A stretch of DNA of 64,000 nucleotides from Felis catus. Its lineage: Eukaryota. Made by a program: the position numbers and the translations under genes. This document shows, piece after piece, positions 25,240-37,826 of the stretch. The stretch lies in assembly GCF_018350175.1 (NCBI RefSeq), contig NC_058368.1:213096001-213160000 (forward strand), written 5' to 3'. Below the pieces are notes generated by a model. The model made no database searches. It saw only the letters and a program-made list of their open reading frames with translations, and had not been told where the DNA came from. Every line of letters begins with the position of its first letter. The stretch's first letter is position 1.

Positions 25240-25458
25240 TTTTTTGTTTGTTTTTTAAAAAAAATTTTGTTATTAGTTTTCTTTATTTTTGAGAGGCAGA
25301 GAGAGACAGAGCGTGTGTCGGAAGGGGCAGAGTCAGAATCTGAAGCAGGCTCCAGCCTCTGAGCTGTCAGCACAGAGCCCGATGTGGGGCCCAAACTCAT
25401 GAGATCATGACGTGAGCCAAAGTCGGCTGCTCAACCGACTGAGCCACCCAGGCACCCC
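25240..25458 (-). mobile_element. Can-SINE
   Basis: TSD aatacattaaa(a)ttttt. Confidence 0.94.
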
Positions 25459-25699
25459 AATACATTAAAATTTTTAAAGAAATATAAATGCGATTATGTT
25501 TGTCTCCCCTCTCTTCCTGTATGGTTCCATGAATAAAATGTTTCCTCAGCTTCTTTTCTTCTGTTCTTGTTGGTAAGACTCATCAGTTTAACTCCTTCCC
25601 AGTTCTGCAAGCATTGATTTAAGAGTGTTCAGTGTATCAAACACCTTGAAGGCCGAATCAAATGCCTGAGACCCCAGTGAGAAATTTCCATCTTATTTA

Positions 25700-25900
25700 T
25701 TTGTTTGTTCATATATTCGTTCATCCATTCCGTATATTTTCTGTGACTGTGTAATACGTGCTAGACACTGGGGAGGTAATGGTGGAGGTGAGTCCTTCAC
25801 CTTGGATCCCTAAGTGACAATAGCAAGTGAAGTCCCTCTGCCGACCCACAGCAAACAGGTAACATAAACAAGAAATAAGCCTCCATTGTGGTAAGATGTG
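25700..25900 (-). mobile_element. L2 3' fragment
   Basis: ttcatccattc..gtgctagacactggga antisense L2 tail. Confidence 0.5.
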
Positions 25901-26834
25901 GAGGCTGCTTGTTACCATGACATCACCTAGTCCATAGGCAGGTATAGGGAGGCCAAAGAGATGAAAGTTCTATATCTTCCATTATGGAGTTTGCAGACCA
26001 AGATTTCACTCCTGTTGCAAGTACTCACTATTTCTTATTTCTTCTGGCCAGAATTATCCCAGGGCTTGAAGCCCTGCAAGACCAGAAACAGCTCTTGAAG
26101 TCTCTGCTTAGTGTCCCTGGAATCAATCAGTGTTCTATTCCCATTCTGCCCTCCTCATTCAAATTCCCTCAGCTCTAAAATTACCTCTTCCTCTCCATTC
26201 AATAAAAAATGTTTCTTTTTCTTCTCGGTGTGGGAGATCACAAGTGTGCAACGAGAAGTAATGAGAAAATTCCCTCCAACCTGTCAATAGAAGCTTCATT
26301 TCCCCAAGAGGATTTGCATTTGACAAGATTTTAAAACAAAACACAAATCCCGCACAAATGAAGCTATCCTTGGTGAGATTCCAGAAGTGTGATTAAGTGA
26401 GGAGATTTCCTCAAGTAAGGGAGATATCTGGGGGCAAGAGGAACTTTTCTCAGGTGCGCTGCAGATGATACCAATATTATAGTTGGATACTGTGCTTGAG
26501 ATTACTGGGGGCTTCTGAGAGGCGCAGAACAAGGAGTCCTCAGAGATGCTTTAGGGCAACTTCCTGGGTGTCCAATAATCCCCAGTCTCCTGCCAGAAGG
26601 CTCCCAATGACACACCAGTCTATCTCCTACAGCCTTACAGCCTTTCCTGTCCACCTTCAGACTCAGCTTCCCCCACTTTGTTTTCCACAGCGCAGCTTCC
26701 TGGGGAATGTGGCCTTTACCTCGGGGTAAGGTTCTGGAAACCAGACACAGAAATATCCCTGCTGCCACATTTCCCCTCTTACTTCATCCCAGGAGGCCTA
26801 CCTCATATCTCAAAAGTAATGTATATTCATAAGA

Positions 26835-26990
26835 AATCAACTAGGCAACTCATTTAAAAGACAGATTCCGAGATCTAGATTCTGATTCAGTAGGTTGGGA
26901 TGCAGCCCAGAAAGCTGCATTTTTATAAACCTCCTTCCCCCAGGTGGTTCAAATGCATGAGGCAGACTATACTTAGAAAAATAGTGCCCC
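26835..26990. mobile_element. MER5-like hAT-Charlie fossil
   Basis: cagattcc..gattctgattcagtagg..ctgcattttta..ccccaggtg. Confidence 0.7.
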
Positions 26991-28289
26991 AGGGAGATGG
27001 GTTGAGCTATTAGCACAGCCTGCCCTCCAGAATCTCCAGCTAACTCTTTCCTCGTAAGCTCTGACTTCATGTGTTATTGATGTAGCTAGGCCATCTGCTC
27101 ACAACCTTAAAACTAAACAAACAAAACAGACAAATAAACAAAAGATGGAATGTTGCTTCTTGGAATTTTGTGCCATTTTCCTCTTTTCTTTCTGTTTACA
27201 GGGAAAGGGTCTTTTTTGTGTGTGTGATTTAGTCTTTGATGACAAAAATGAGGACAAAGGGTCCTCTCCTCTCCCATTTAACTTTTGCCATATTTGCAGA
27301 GCGCCTAAGGGTAAACACATTAGAAAGAAGCAATCAGCTGGAAGAGTTCTCAAATGAACACTGGGATAATCGAGAGTTAAATGAAATTTGTTAAAACGGT
27401 GTCTTTCTAAACCTGGTTTAGAGCCAACAACCATAGGGCAGAACCAATGGTCAAAAAGAAATAAACCATTTGGACAATTGAAGGGTTAATTTCTATGGCC
27501 TCAGGGAAGAGGCTGCAGAGTCCCCCACACCTGGAGGTAATTATCCCCCTTGGCTCCCGCCCAGCCCAAAACCAGCTCTCTGGCCGACACGCGTTCGCCC
27601 CCTGGTGGTTAAAAGGTAAACTACAATTTACCTTAGGAGAAAATCAAATTTTATATTCTTGCATTTCGCCACTCAACACCCACACAGAGCTTTTTCAGGG
27701 ACAGATCTGCAGGTACAGAGTCATCTTCAAAGACACACCAGGACTGTTCTATATGTCAGGATATGAGCTCTGGTAGTAGCCACACAATTTACTGCACACA
27801 CCTGAAATATTTGGGTACTTTGATACTTCACAAAGGCAGACACTTAACAAGCCTTTAATGCACAGCTCTTGCCTAGCCCAACTCCAGGCCAACCTGCAAG
27901 TGTATGTCACAGAAAGTGCTCGATAAAAATCAAGTCCCAATTTCAGCGTGGGCCTTTGGCTCCACCAGCACCCGCTTCAAATCCAAACCTGCCCACCAAG
28001 CTTCCCCAGTCCTTTGTGGTGCCTGGACCCCCAGAGTCTGCTCTCAGGGACCGAGCTTGCATTCACCCTGTGGCCCCTAGGCTCCATCTGACCCATAGGT
28101 CCACACCATCCCCACCACCCTAATTAGGGAAATCTCACAACTCCTAACCAGAAAGTAATAGGAAAAAGCCTTTGAACTTTCAAAACAAGCTGGCTCTTAG
28201 CCAGACACTTTACACACATGCCAGATTTTTTTTATTTTTAACTATATAAATTACACAGATACAGTCTATTACAAAAAAAAAAAAAATCA

Positions 28290-28470
28290 GGGTGCCTGGG
28301 TGGCTCAGTAGGTTAAGCGCCCAACTCTTGATTTCAGCTCAGGTCATGGTCTCCAGGTTTGTGGGATCGAGCCCCGTGTCAGGCTCTGTGCTGACAGCGT
28401 GGAGCCTGCTTGAGATTCTCCCTCTTCTTCTCTCTCTGCCCCTCCCTAATTGACACTCTGTCTCCAAAAA
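28290..28470 (+). mobile_element. Can-SINE
   Basis: Head gggtgcctgggtggctcag; TSD (a)n-tca. Confidence 0.93.
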
Positions 28471-28668
28471 AAAAAAATCAAGTATCCATACAGAAGTCAC
28501 TGTTATTAGTTAGGAGTATGTCCGTCTATAACTTTCCATAGGTATTTACACGTATAGGTGTACATAGAGAAATACAGAGATTTGTGAGCCTGTGGAGCTT
28601 TTTTAAAAAAATAAATAAATAAATAGGGTCTTATTGTACCTACCTTTTTTTACAACTTGTTTTTTTTT

Positions 28669-28909
28669 TTAAGAGATACCTCATTTTTTTTTTAATTTTT
28701 TTTTAACGTTTTTTTTATTTATTTTTGAGACAGAGAGAGACAGAGCATGAACGGGGGAGGGTCAGAGAGAGGGAGACACAGAATCTGAAACAGGCTCCAT
28801 GCTCTGAGCCGTCGGCACAGAGCCGACGTGGGGCTCGAACTCACGGATCGCGAGATCATGACCTGAGCCGAAGTCGGCCGCTTAACCGACTGAGCCACCC
28901 AGGCGCCCC
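28669..28909 (-). mobile_element. Young Can-SINE with extra tail segment
   Basis: CpG-rich body; TSD tacaacttgttttttttt 28651-28668 and 28910-28927. Confidence 0.95.
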
Positions 28910-28951
28910 TACAACTTGTTTTTTTTTAATTAACAATAAGATTCTTTTATA

Positions 28952-29061
28952 GGGCACCCAGCTGGTTCAGTTAGTTAGTGGAGCATGCAATTCTTGATCT
29001 CGGGGTTGTGAGTTTGAGCCCTGCATTGCGTATAGAGATTACTTACAAATAAAAAATCTTT
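28952..29061 (+). mobile_element. Short old Can-SINE
   Basis: tRNA-like head ...tagagattactt..aataaaaaatcttt. Confidence 0.85.
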
Positions 29062-29062
29062 A

Positions 29063-29168
29063 GGGGCTCCTGGCTGGCTTAGTCAGAAGAGCATGTGACT
29101 CTTCATCTTGGGATTGTGGGTTTAAATCCCACACTGGGTGTAGAGATTACTTAAAAATGAAATCTTTT
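29063..29168 (+). mobile_element. Short old Can-SINE
   Basis: ggggctcctggctggcttagtc...tagagattactt..aaaatctttt. Confidence 0.87.
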
Positions 29169-29401
29169 GGGGCACCAGGGTGGCTCAGTCGGTTGAACTT
29201 CCAACTTTGGTTCATGTCATGATCTCACGGTTTGTGGGTTTGAGCCCTGCATCGAGCTCTGTGGTGACACCTCAGAGCCTGGAGCCTGCTCCTGATTCTG
29301 TGTCTCCCTCTCTCTCTCTCTGCCCCTCCGCTGCTCGTGCTCTGTCTCTCTCTCTTTCTCTCTCTCAAAAAGAAATAAACATTAAAAATTTAAAAAAAAA
29401 G
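29169..29401 (+). mobile_element. Can-SINE
   Basis: Full body with (CT)n and A tail. Confidence 0.94.
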
Positions 29402-30777
29402 TGAAAAAAGCCTTGTTTCATCAATGCATCTTTCCATTTTTATAAAAATGTGGAGCCATTTAACTGCTGTATAGTATTCCATAGTATTGGGAGTTTAGAA
29501 AGCCAAAATAATACTCCTTTCTTTCTCACCTAAGTCTGTGATCAATGGAGAAAGAAGGCACTGGAGACAAACAGATACAAATCAAAAGCTGGCAGAGATC
29601 AAACTGTCTGTGTTGTTAACATGTTGATTAGAAAACATGGCTTAAGGTACATCTAGAAGGACTAGCATTTCACCCCTGAATGATTATAGACTTACCTGAA
29701 GGGTCACAGGCATCCTTGGATAACCACATGCCCTCAGGCTTCAGAGCTTACTACAGAGCAGGGCAGAGGCTAGAATGCCCCCCAGGCAGACACCTTGGAA
29801 AGTGGCAGTAAAAGGGCAGGGAGGTAAGGTGCCCAGCCCCTCCTACTCAACTCATCGATTGGGCAAACCAGTCCTCTTCTCGAAGGAATGAGTGCATGAG
29901 GGATAGGAAGGAAGACAGGAGTGTAACCTAGAATCTAATGGAGGCCAGGGAAATAGAGATTCCCCCAATCATTTTCCAGCTTTTCTTGTAACTCTTTTAG
30001 CCTAAAATGTACGGGGACATGGTTGACTCCCTCTTTTTCCCTGTAGAAGAGAACAAGCATTTATCAGAATGTTCCTGGTTTCTGCCTTCATGAATCCATT
30101 CCCTCAATACCAATCACTAGCTTTTTTTAGATCTGTCTTGTGAACAGTTTCCATTTTAGCCTCAGAAGATTCTAATATGGGTTAGGACAGTCCATTTATT
30201 AAATCAACTCTTAGACCTTAATGTTATCTAAACAAAATATGCTCCATATTTTGCTTTCCATCAAAAACATGCCTAATCGCATTGTCCAATGTAACTTACC
30301 AAAGATTATACAGCAAAAAGATATTCCTTTTGAAAATGCAATATCTAACATAATAAAAGTCATATATTAAAAACCCATAGCTAACATCATACTGAACAGT
30401 GAAAGACTAAATATATTTTTTGGAGATCAAGACAAAGATGCATGCTTTCACCATTTATTCAACATAGTATTTAAATTATTCAATGTAGTATTTAAAGTCC
30501 AAGCCAGAGTAATTAGGCAAGTGAAAGGAATAAAAGGTATCTAAATTGGAGAGGAAGAAGTACAATTGTCATTATTTGCAGATGACATGATATGTGTAGA
30601 AAACCCTAAAGACTCCACCAAAAAAAAAAAAAACAAAACTGTTTTAACTAATAAATTCTGTAAAGTGGCAGGATACCAAATCAATATACAAAAATCTGTT
30701 GCATTTCTATATATTGATAATGAACTATCAGAATGAGAAATTAAAACACAATCTCATTTACAATTTCATTGAAAAGA

Positions 30778-31432
30778 TGGGAATGCAAGCTGGTGCAGCC
30801 ACTCTGGAAAAAAATATGGAGGTCCCTCAAAAAACTAAAAATAAAACTAAAAATAGAACTATCCTACAACCCAGCAATTGCACTATTAGGCATTTATCCA
30901 CGGGATACAGTTATGCAGTTTCAAAGGGACACATGCACCCCCATGTTTATAGCAGCACTATCAACAATAGCCGAAGTATGGAAACAGCCCAAATGTCCAT
31001 CAATGGATGAATGGATAAAGAAGATGTGGTATATATATATACAATGGAGTATTACTCGGCAATCAGAAAGAATGAAATCTTGCCATTTGCAACTACGTGG
31101 ATGGAACTGGAGGGTAATATGCTAAGTGAAATTAGTCAGTCAGAGAAAGACAAAAATATATGCTTGCACTCATATGAGGACTTTAAGAGACAAAACAGAT
31201 GAACATAAGGGAAAGGAAACAAAAAGAATATAAAAACAGGGAGGGGGACAAAACAGAAGAGACTCATAAATATGGAGAACAAACTGAGGGTTACTGGAGG
31301 GGTTGTGGGAGGGAGGGATGGGCTAAATGGGTAAGGGGCACTAAGGAATCTACTCCTGAAATCATTGTTGCACTATATGCTAACTAATTTGGATGTAAAT
31401 TTTAAAAAACAAAAAATAAATTAAAAAAAAAA
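30778..31432 (+). mobile_element. 5'-truncated feliform L1 nested in older L1
   Basis: [11 protein letters not shown].. to 3'UTR; perfect 18-bp TSD acaatttcattgaaaaga 30760-30777 and 31433-31450. Confidence 0.96.
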
Positions 31433-32332
31433 ACAATTTCATTGAAAAGAATAAAATACCTAAGAATAAATTTAATCTAGAAGGTGAAAGACCTGTACAT
31501 TGAAAACTATAAGACACTGATGAAAGAAATTGAAGAAGACACAGATAAATAGGTATTCCATGCTCATGGATTAGAATAATTAACATTGTTGAAATGTCTA
31601 TACTACCCCAAGTGGTCTACAGATCAATGCAATCCCTATCAAAATTCCAATGGCATTTTTCACAGAAATAGAACAATCTGAAAATTTGTGTGGAATCACA
31701 AAAGACTCTGAATAGCCAAAACAATCTTGAGAAAGAAGAACAGAGCTAGAGGCATCACTCTCCCTGTTTTCAAACTATATTACAAAGCCATAGTAATAAA
31801 AAAAAATAAACATAGTAATTAAAACAGTATGGTATTAGCATAAAAACAGACACATAGATCAATTGAATAGAATAGAAAGCCCAGAAAAAAAAAAAAAAAA
31901 ACCCACATATGTATGGTCAATTAATTTACAACCAAGGAGCCAAGAATATATAACGGGGAAAGGATGGCCTCTTTAGTAAATGGTGTTGGGAAAACTGGAC
32001 AGCCAAGTACAAAAGAATGAAACTGGACCACTATCTTATACCATTCATAAAAATCAGCTCAAAATGGTTTAAGGCTGGAATGTAAGACCTGAAACCATAA
32101 AACTAGAAGAAAACAGTAGGCAGTAAGCTCCTTGATGTCGTTTTTGGCAAAGATGTTTTGGATTTGACATGGAAATCAAAGGCAACAAAAGCAAAAGTAA
32201 ACAAGTGGAACTACATCAAACTAAAAAACTTCTGCATGGAAAATGAAACCATCAACAAAATTAAAAGGTAACTTACGTAATGGGACAAAATTATTGCAAC
32301 ATATATATTGAGATAAAAATTCATATCCAGGT

Positions 32333-32537
32333 GTGGTGCCTGGGTAGCTCAGTCAGTTAGACATCCAACTCCTGATTTCAGCTCAGGTCATGGTCTCACG
32401 GTTCATGGGTTCAGGTCCTGTATTGGGCTTTGTGCTGAAGGGGGAAGTCTGCTTGGGATTCTCTCTCACCCTCTCTCTCTGCCTCTCCCCCAGTTGTACA
32501 CACACACTCTCTCTCTAAAAATTAATAAACTTGAAAA
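32333..32537 (+). mobile_element. Can-SINE in L1
   Basis: SINE body; degenerate TSD ending atatcca. Confidence 0.92.
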
Positions 32538-32588
32538 AATAATATCCAAAATGGATAAAGAATAACAACAACAACAAAACCAGTTTAA

Positions 32589-32732
<144 letters not shown>

Positions 32733-33581
32733 TAGCTATCATCAGAAAGACAAGAAATAACAAGTGTTGACGAGGATGCAGAGAGAAAGGAATCCTTGTG
32801 CATCTTTGGTGGGAATGTAAATTGGTACAGCCACCATGGGAAATAGTATGAAAGTTTCTCAAAAATTAAAAATAGAACTACCATATGATCCAGCAATGCC
32901 ACTTCTGGGTATATACCCAAAGGAAATGAAAATGGGATATTGAAGAGATAGCTGCACTCTCAAGTTCATCGCAGAATTATTCATAATAGCCAGATGGGGA
33001 ACAACTGATGTATCCATCAACAGATGCATGGAGATCTATCTATCGATCTATCTATCTACACACACACCCATATACACGCACACATATAATGTTATTCAGT
33101 CATGAGAAAGAAGGAAATCTTGTGACAACATGGATGGACCCTGAAGGCATTATAGTAAGTGAAATAAACCTGACAGAGAAAGACAAATGCTGCATGATAC
33201 CACTTATGTGTGGAATATTAAAAAAAAAAAAAAGTCAAACATAAATAGAGAATAGAAATGTGGTTGCCAGGGCTAGGGAATGGGGAAATAGGGAGAGGTT
33301 GGTAAAAGGGCCCAAACTTTCAGCTAATGTAAATGTAAATTTACATTAGCTAATGTAAAACAGGTGACTATAGCTGATAACGCTGTATTGTATAACTGAA
33401 ATTTGCCAAGAGAGTAAAACTTAAATGTTCTCACCAATAAAAGAAAACATGTGAGCTGATGGATATGTTAATTAGCTACATGGGGGGAATCATTTCACTA
33501 TATATAGATCAAATCACCATGATGTGCCCTTAAATATCTAAATTTTATGTGTCAATTATAAACCTTATTAAAGCTGGATTT

Positions 33582-33798
33582 TCTTATTTTTTTATTAAAA
33601 TATTATTTTTAAGCGTATTTATTTATTTTGAATGAGAGAGACAGAGAGAGCAGGGAAGGGGCAGAGAGAGAATCCTAAGCAAATTCCACACTTCAGCACA
33701 GAGCCCGATGTTGGGCTCAAACTCGTGAACCGTGAGATCATAACCTGAGCCAAAACCAGGAGTCGAATGCTTAACCAACTGGGCCACCCAGGCACCCC
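33582..33798 (-). mobile_element. Can-SINE
   Basis: TSD aaagctggatttt/aaagctggttttt. Confidence 0.94.
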
Positions 33799-34012
33799 AA
33801 AGCTGGTTTTTTTTAAAAACTTACTACAAAGCTACAGTAATCAAAACACTGTGGTATTGACATAAAGATGACATACAGACCAATGAATAGATTACAGCAT
33901 GCAGAAATATGCCCTCAAATATATGGCCAAATGATTTTCAACAAGGATGTCAAAACCTGTCAAAGGGGAAAGAGCATTGTTCCAACAAATGGTGCTGGGA
34001 AAACTGGATATC

Positions 34013-34635
34013 TGTGAGAAGTAAGGGAGATAGATAATTCATTTTCAGAAGTACTAAATAAAAGCTGTACTGTCCAGTTAACAGTAGGTCTACAACCACG
34101 CACCCACACCATCCCACACCCCCCAATGGAGTCCTAACCTAATCTAATCTAACCTTTAGACACTTCACTTCCTGGTTCTTCCTGTCTCTGGGTTCGCGGG
34201 CTTATTTTCCTGGGTTTGTTTTCATGGGCTTTGCAATGAGCATGCGCCATAGAATAAGGGGAGGAGGAACTGAAGGTTTCTGCGTTACCTCCGGCAATGT
34301 ACATTTGTTGCAGTCAGGCTATTTTGCCTTACCTTACATGGGCATAGGTGATGTTGGGGGTTTGCGGGGAGGGCTGTAACTTCTTAGTACTCAGCCAATG
34401 AGGAACCAGGGGAAGGACATGCATGCTAGGAGATAAACTGCCTGCTGTGATTTCCCCCGGTGTGCCTGTCCATCAGATACCTAGTCTTGCAAGAACATTG
34501 ATTAAAGCAAAATAAAAGCTGTGCTAGTCTTGCAAGATACCTAGTCTTGCAAGAACATTGATTAAAGCCTTGCTTCACTGTGCTGCGAGTCTCTGCGTCC
34601 CTCCTTTGATTGGGTCAGTGGGCTTATTTCTCACA
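34013..34635 (+). mobile_element. Endogenous retrovirus solo LTR (family not identified)
   Basis: TG..CA ends with 13-bp imperfect inverted termini (tgtgagaagtaag/cttatttctcaca), 5-bp TSD atatc, CCAAT box, gataaa TATA-like motif, attaaa polyA signal. Confidence 0.9.
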
Positions 34636-34745
34636 ATATCCACATGCAAAGGAATGAAATTGCACTTCTACCTAACACCATATACAAAAATTAACTCAAA
34701 ATGGATCAAAGACCTCAATGTAAGAGCTAAAACTATAACACTCTT

Positions 34746-34962
34746 GGAGTGCCTGGGTTGCTTAGTCGGTTAAGTATCCGACTTTGGCTCAGGTCGTGAT
34801 CTCACGGTTCCTGGGTTGGAGCCCCATGTCCAGCTCTGTGCTGACAACTCAGAGCCTAGAACCTTCTTCAGATTCTGTCTCCCTCTCTCTCTGCTCCTTC
34901 CTCTCTCTCTCTCTCTCTTTCTCAAAACTAAACATTAAAAATTTTTGAGTAAATAAATAACT
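34746..34962 (+). mobile_element. Can-SINE in L1
   Basis: TSD aaaactataacact. Confidence 0.93.
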
Positions 34963-35479
34963 AAAACTATAACACTTAGAGAAAACATAGGGAAAAGCTT
35001 TATGACATTAGATTTGGCAATAATTTCTTGGATATAACACCACAACACAGGCAGCAACAAAAATGAAAATAGATGAATTAGATTTCATCAAAATTAAAAC
35101 AGTTTGTGTATCAAAGGACACTATCAATAGAATTAAAAGGCATTCCATAGAATGCAAGAAAATTTTTGTAAATCATATATCTGAAAAGAAATTAATATTC
35201 AGAATATACAAAGCACCCCCTAGAACTCAACAACAAAAACAGACAACCCAGTTAAAATTGGACAAAGGGCTTTGCAACGGTTAATGTTATAATTCAATTT
35301 GACTGGGCTAAGGGATACCCATATAGTTGGTAAAACATTATTTTTGGGTGTGTCTGTGAGGGTTTCTTTGGAAGCGATTAGCATTTGAATCAGTAGACAA
35401 AGTAAGGAAGATCAGACCTTACCATGCAAGCTGACATCATCCAATTCTTTGAGGGCCTGAATAGAACAAAAAGGTGGAG

Positions 35480-35849
35480 TGTTACAGAAAATTCTCGTGC
35501 CCAGGAAGAGACAAGCAACACCACTTGGGGAATTAAGGAAAGACTGTTTATTTCACACCGATGTTTATTTCCAAAGGCTGAGCCCAAGCACTGGCGCTGG
35601 TCTCCTTTTATGGGTGGGATTGCAGGGGCTCAAGGAAGAAAAAGTAGGGGGAGGGCGCTCTTATGGATTGTGCTATGCAGGCAGCTGGTGGATGCAGGGA
35701 GCAAGCAAGATTGCAGAAGCCAAAAGCATGCAAGGGGAGTATCAGGCCTCGGACATCTGGCTGGTCCCTTTTTGTATCTGCTCTCGCCAGATTTCCTTCT
35801 CAGGACATCTGGCTGGCTCTCTATCTGTTTTTGCTGGCTTTCCTTGTCA
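35480..35849 (-). mobile_element. Solo LTR (ERV1-like, 370 bp) nested in MLT2
   Basis: TG..CA ends, 4-bp TSD ggag/gaag, antisense ataaaa TATA-like and aataaa motifs; MLT2 sequence resumes after it. Confidence 0.8.
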
Positions 35850-36104
35850 GAAGGAAGGAAGAATTTTCTCTTTCTCTTTTTGACCTAGGATATCTATCTT
35901 CTTCTGCCATCAGACATCAAAGCTCCTCATTCTCAGGCCGTCAGCGTTGGACTAAGAGCTCACCAGCTCACCTGGTTCTCACACCTTTAGACTCCAATTG
36001 TACTCCTGACTTTCCTCATTCTCCAACTTGCAGATGGCAGGCAGATCATGAAACTTCCTGACCTCCATAACAGCATGAGCGAATTCCTATAATAAACCTC
36101 TGTC

Positions 36105-36114
36105 TATATATAGG

Positions 36115-36165
<51 letters not shown>

Positions 36166-36198
36166 CATATATATATACATATATATATATATATACAC
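36105..36198. repeat. (TA)n(CA)n compound microsatellite
   Basis: Seen directly, inside the MLT2 3' end. Confidence 0.93.
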
Positions 36199-36696
36199 TA
36201 TTGGTTGTTTCTCTGGAGAATCCTAGACTTGAATAAATTTCTCCAAAGGAGATATATAAAAGGCTGATAAACACATGAAAAGATGTTCAACATTACAAAT
36301 CATTAGGAAAATACAAATCAAAATCACAGAGGATGTGGAAAAATGAAACACTTTCACATTGCTGGTGGGAATAGAAACTGGTGTAGCCACTGTGGAAAAC
36401 AGCATGGGGCTCCTCAAAAAATTAAAAATAGAATTACCATATGTTTCAGCCATTTCATTTTTGGGTATACACCCAAAAGAATTGAAAGCAGAAACTCAAA
36501 CAGATATTTACACACACACACATTTACAGCAGCATTATTCATAATAGCCAAAAGGTGGAAACAACCCTAATGTCCACTGATGGATGAATGGATACACAAA
36601 ACGTGCATATACATACAATAGAATATTATTCAGCATTAAAAAGGAAGGAAATTCTGACACTTGCTACAACATGGCTGAAACTTGAAGACATTATGC

Positions 36697-37489
36697 TGTA
36701 GAGGAGAAAAAATAATTTTCCCTCTACTCTTCTGAGTTCTTTGTTGAAACTCCTGTAATAAAAGGCAGTTTAACACAAGAAAAGCAAAAAGTTTATTAGT
36801 ATGTATTATATATATGGGAGATAATCAAAGAAAAATGAATAACTGTCCAAGATGGCATTAGAATTCTAGATTAAATACCATCTTACTAGGGAAAGGGGAG
36901 GGAAGATATAGGTCTCTTAGGAGAGAGTAAATAAGGGGTGCCTGGGTGGCTCAGTCGGCTCAGTCGGCTAAGCAGCCGACTTCGGCTCAGGTCATGATCT
37001 TGCGGTCCCTGAGTTCGAGCCCCACGTCGGGCTCTATGCTGACAGCTCAGAGCCTGGAGCCTGTTTCTGATTCTGTGTCTCCCTCTCTCTGACCTTCTCC
37101 CGTTCATGCTCTGTCTCTCTCTGTCTCAAAAATAAATAAACGTTAAAAAAAAAAAAAAAGGAGAGAGTAAATGATTTTTTAGGAAAGATGAATGGGCTCT
37201 TAGAAGAATAGGCAGGAAGTATGATAGTTTGTGACAGAGTTTGTCTGGGGGTGCTGTCAACTTTCTAATCTCCTCACCAGTGATAAGAGTCAGTCCTCCC
37301 TGCTCATTGAAACACCAGAGGAAGGGATCGATGAAAATAGCGTTCCTTTGGAAGACTGGTCTTTAGGAGGATAAGGGGACATCAGGGAAAGCCTCGCCCT
37401 GCATTTGCTGTTTTTCAAGTGCCTAACCCTAAAAATGATCAATATACTAAAGCAGCATATTTTGGGGTGGCATATTCTGTTACCCTTCA
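36697..37489 (-). mobile_element. MER34-like ERV1 solo LTR
   Basis: Reverse complement starts tgaagggtaacagaatatgccaccccaaaatatgc; TG..CA ends; 4-bp TSD atgc. Confidence 0.85.
36935..37158 (+). mobile_element. Can-SINE in LTR
   Basis: TSD aggagagagtaaat; 9-bp duplication in the A box. Confidence 0.95.
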
Positions 37490-37826
37490 ATGCTAAGTGA
37501 AAGAAGCCAGTCATGGAAAGACGGATGCTGTATGATTCCACTTAACATGAGATTTCCTGGGATAATCAAATTCATAGAGACAGAAAGTTGAATGATATTT
37601 GCCAGGGGCTGGGGACAGGGGGAGAATGGGGAGTTATTGTTTTATGGTTATGGAGTTTCAATTTAGGAAGATGGAAAAGTTCTGGAGATGCATGGTGGTC
37701 ATGGTTGCACAGCAATGTGCATGTACTTAATGCTACTAAACTGTACAGTTAAAAATAGTTTAAAAAAAAGAGGAACATTTATTTTATATTATGTATATTT
37801 TGCCACAATAAAAAAAATACAATATT

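Larger units (their letters stand above)
35273..36225 (+). mobile_element. MLT2 (ERVL) solo LTR, interrupted
   Basis: ggttaat..ttgactgggcta..ctgtgaggg..ttagcatttgaatcagtagac..tattgg..tttctctggagaa; TSD ggctt/gactt. Confidence 0.88.
33818..37818 (+). mobile_element. Old L1 (L1MB-like) ORF2 3' part and 3'UTR, fragmented by nested LTRs and SINEs
   Basis: Colinear L1 pieces at 33818-34012, 34636-35272, 36226-36696 and 37490-37818 rejoin across TSDs. Confidence 0.9.
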
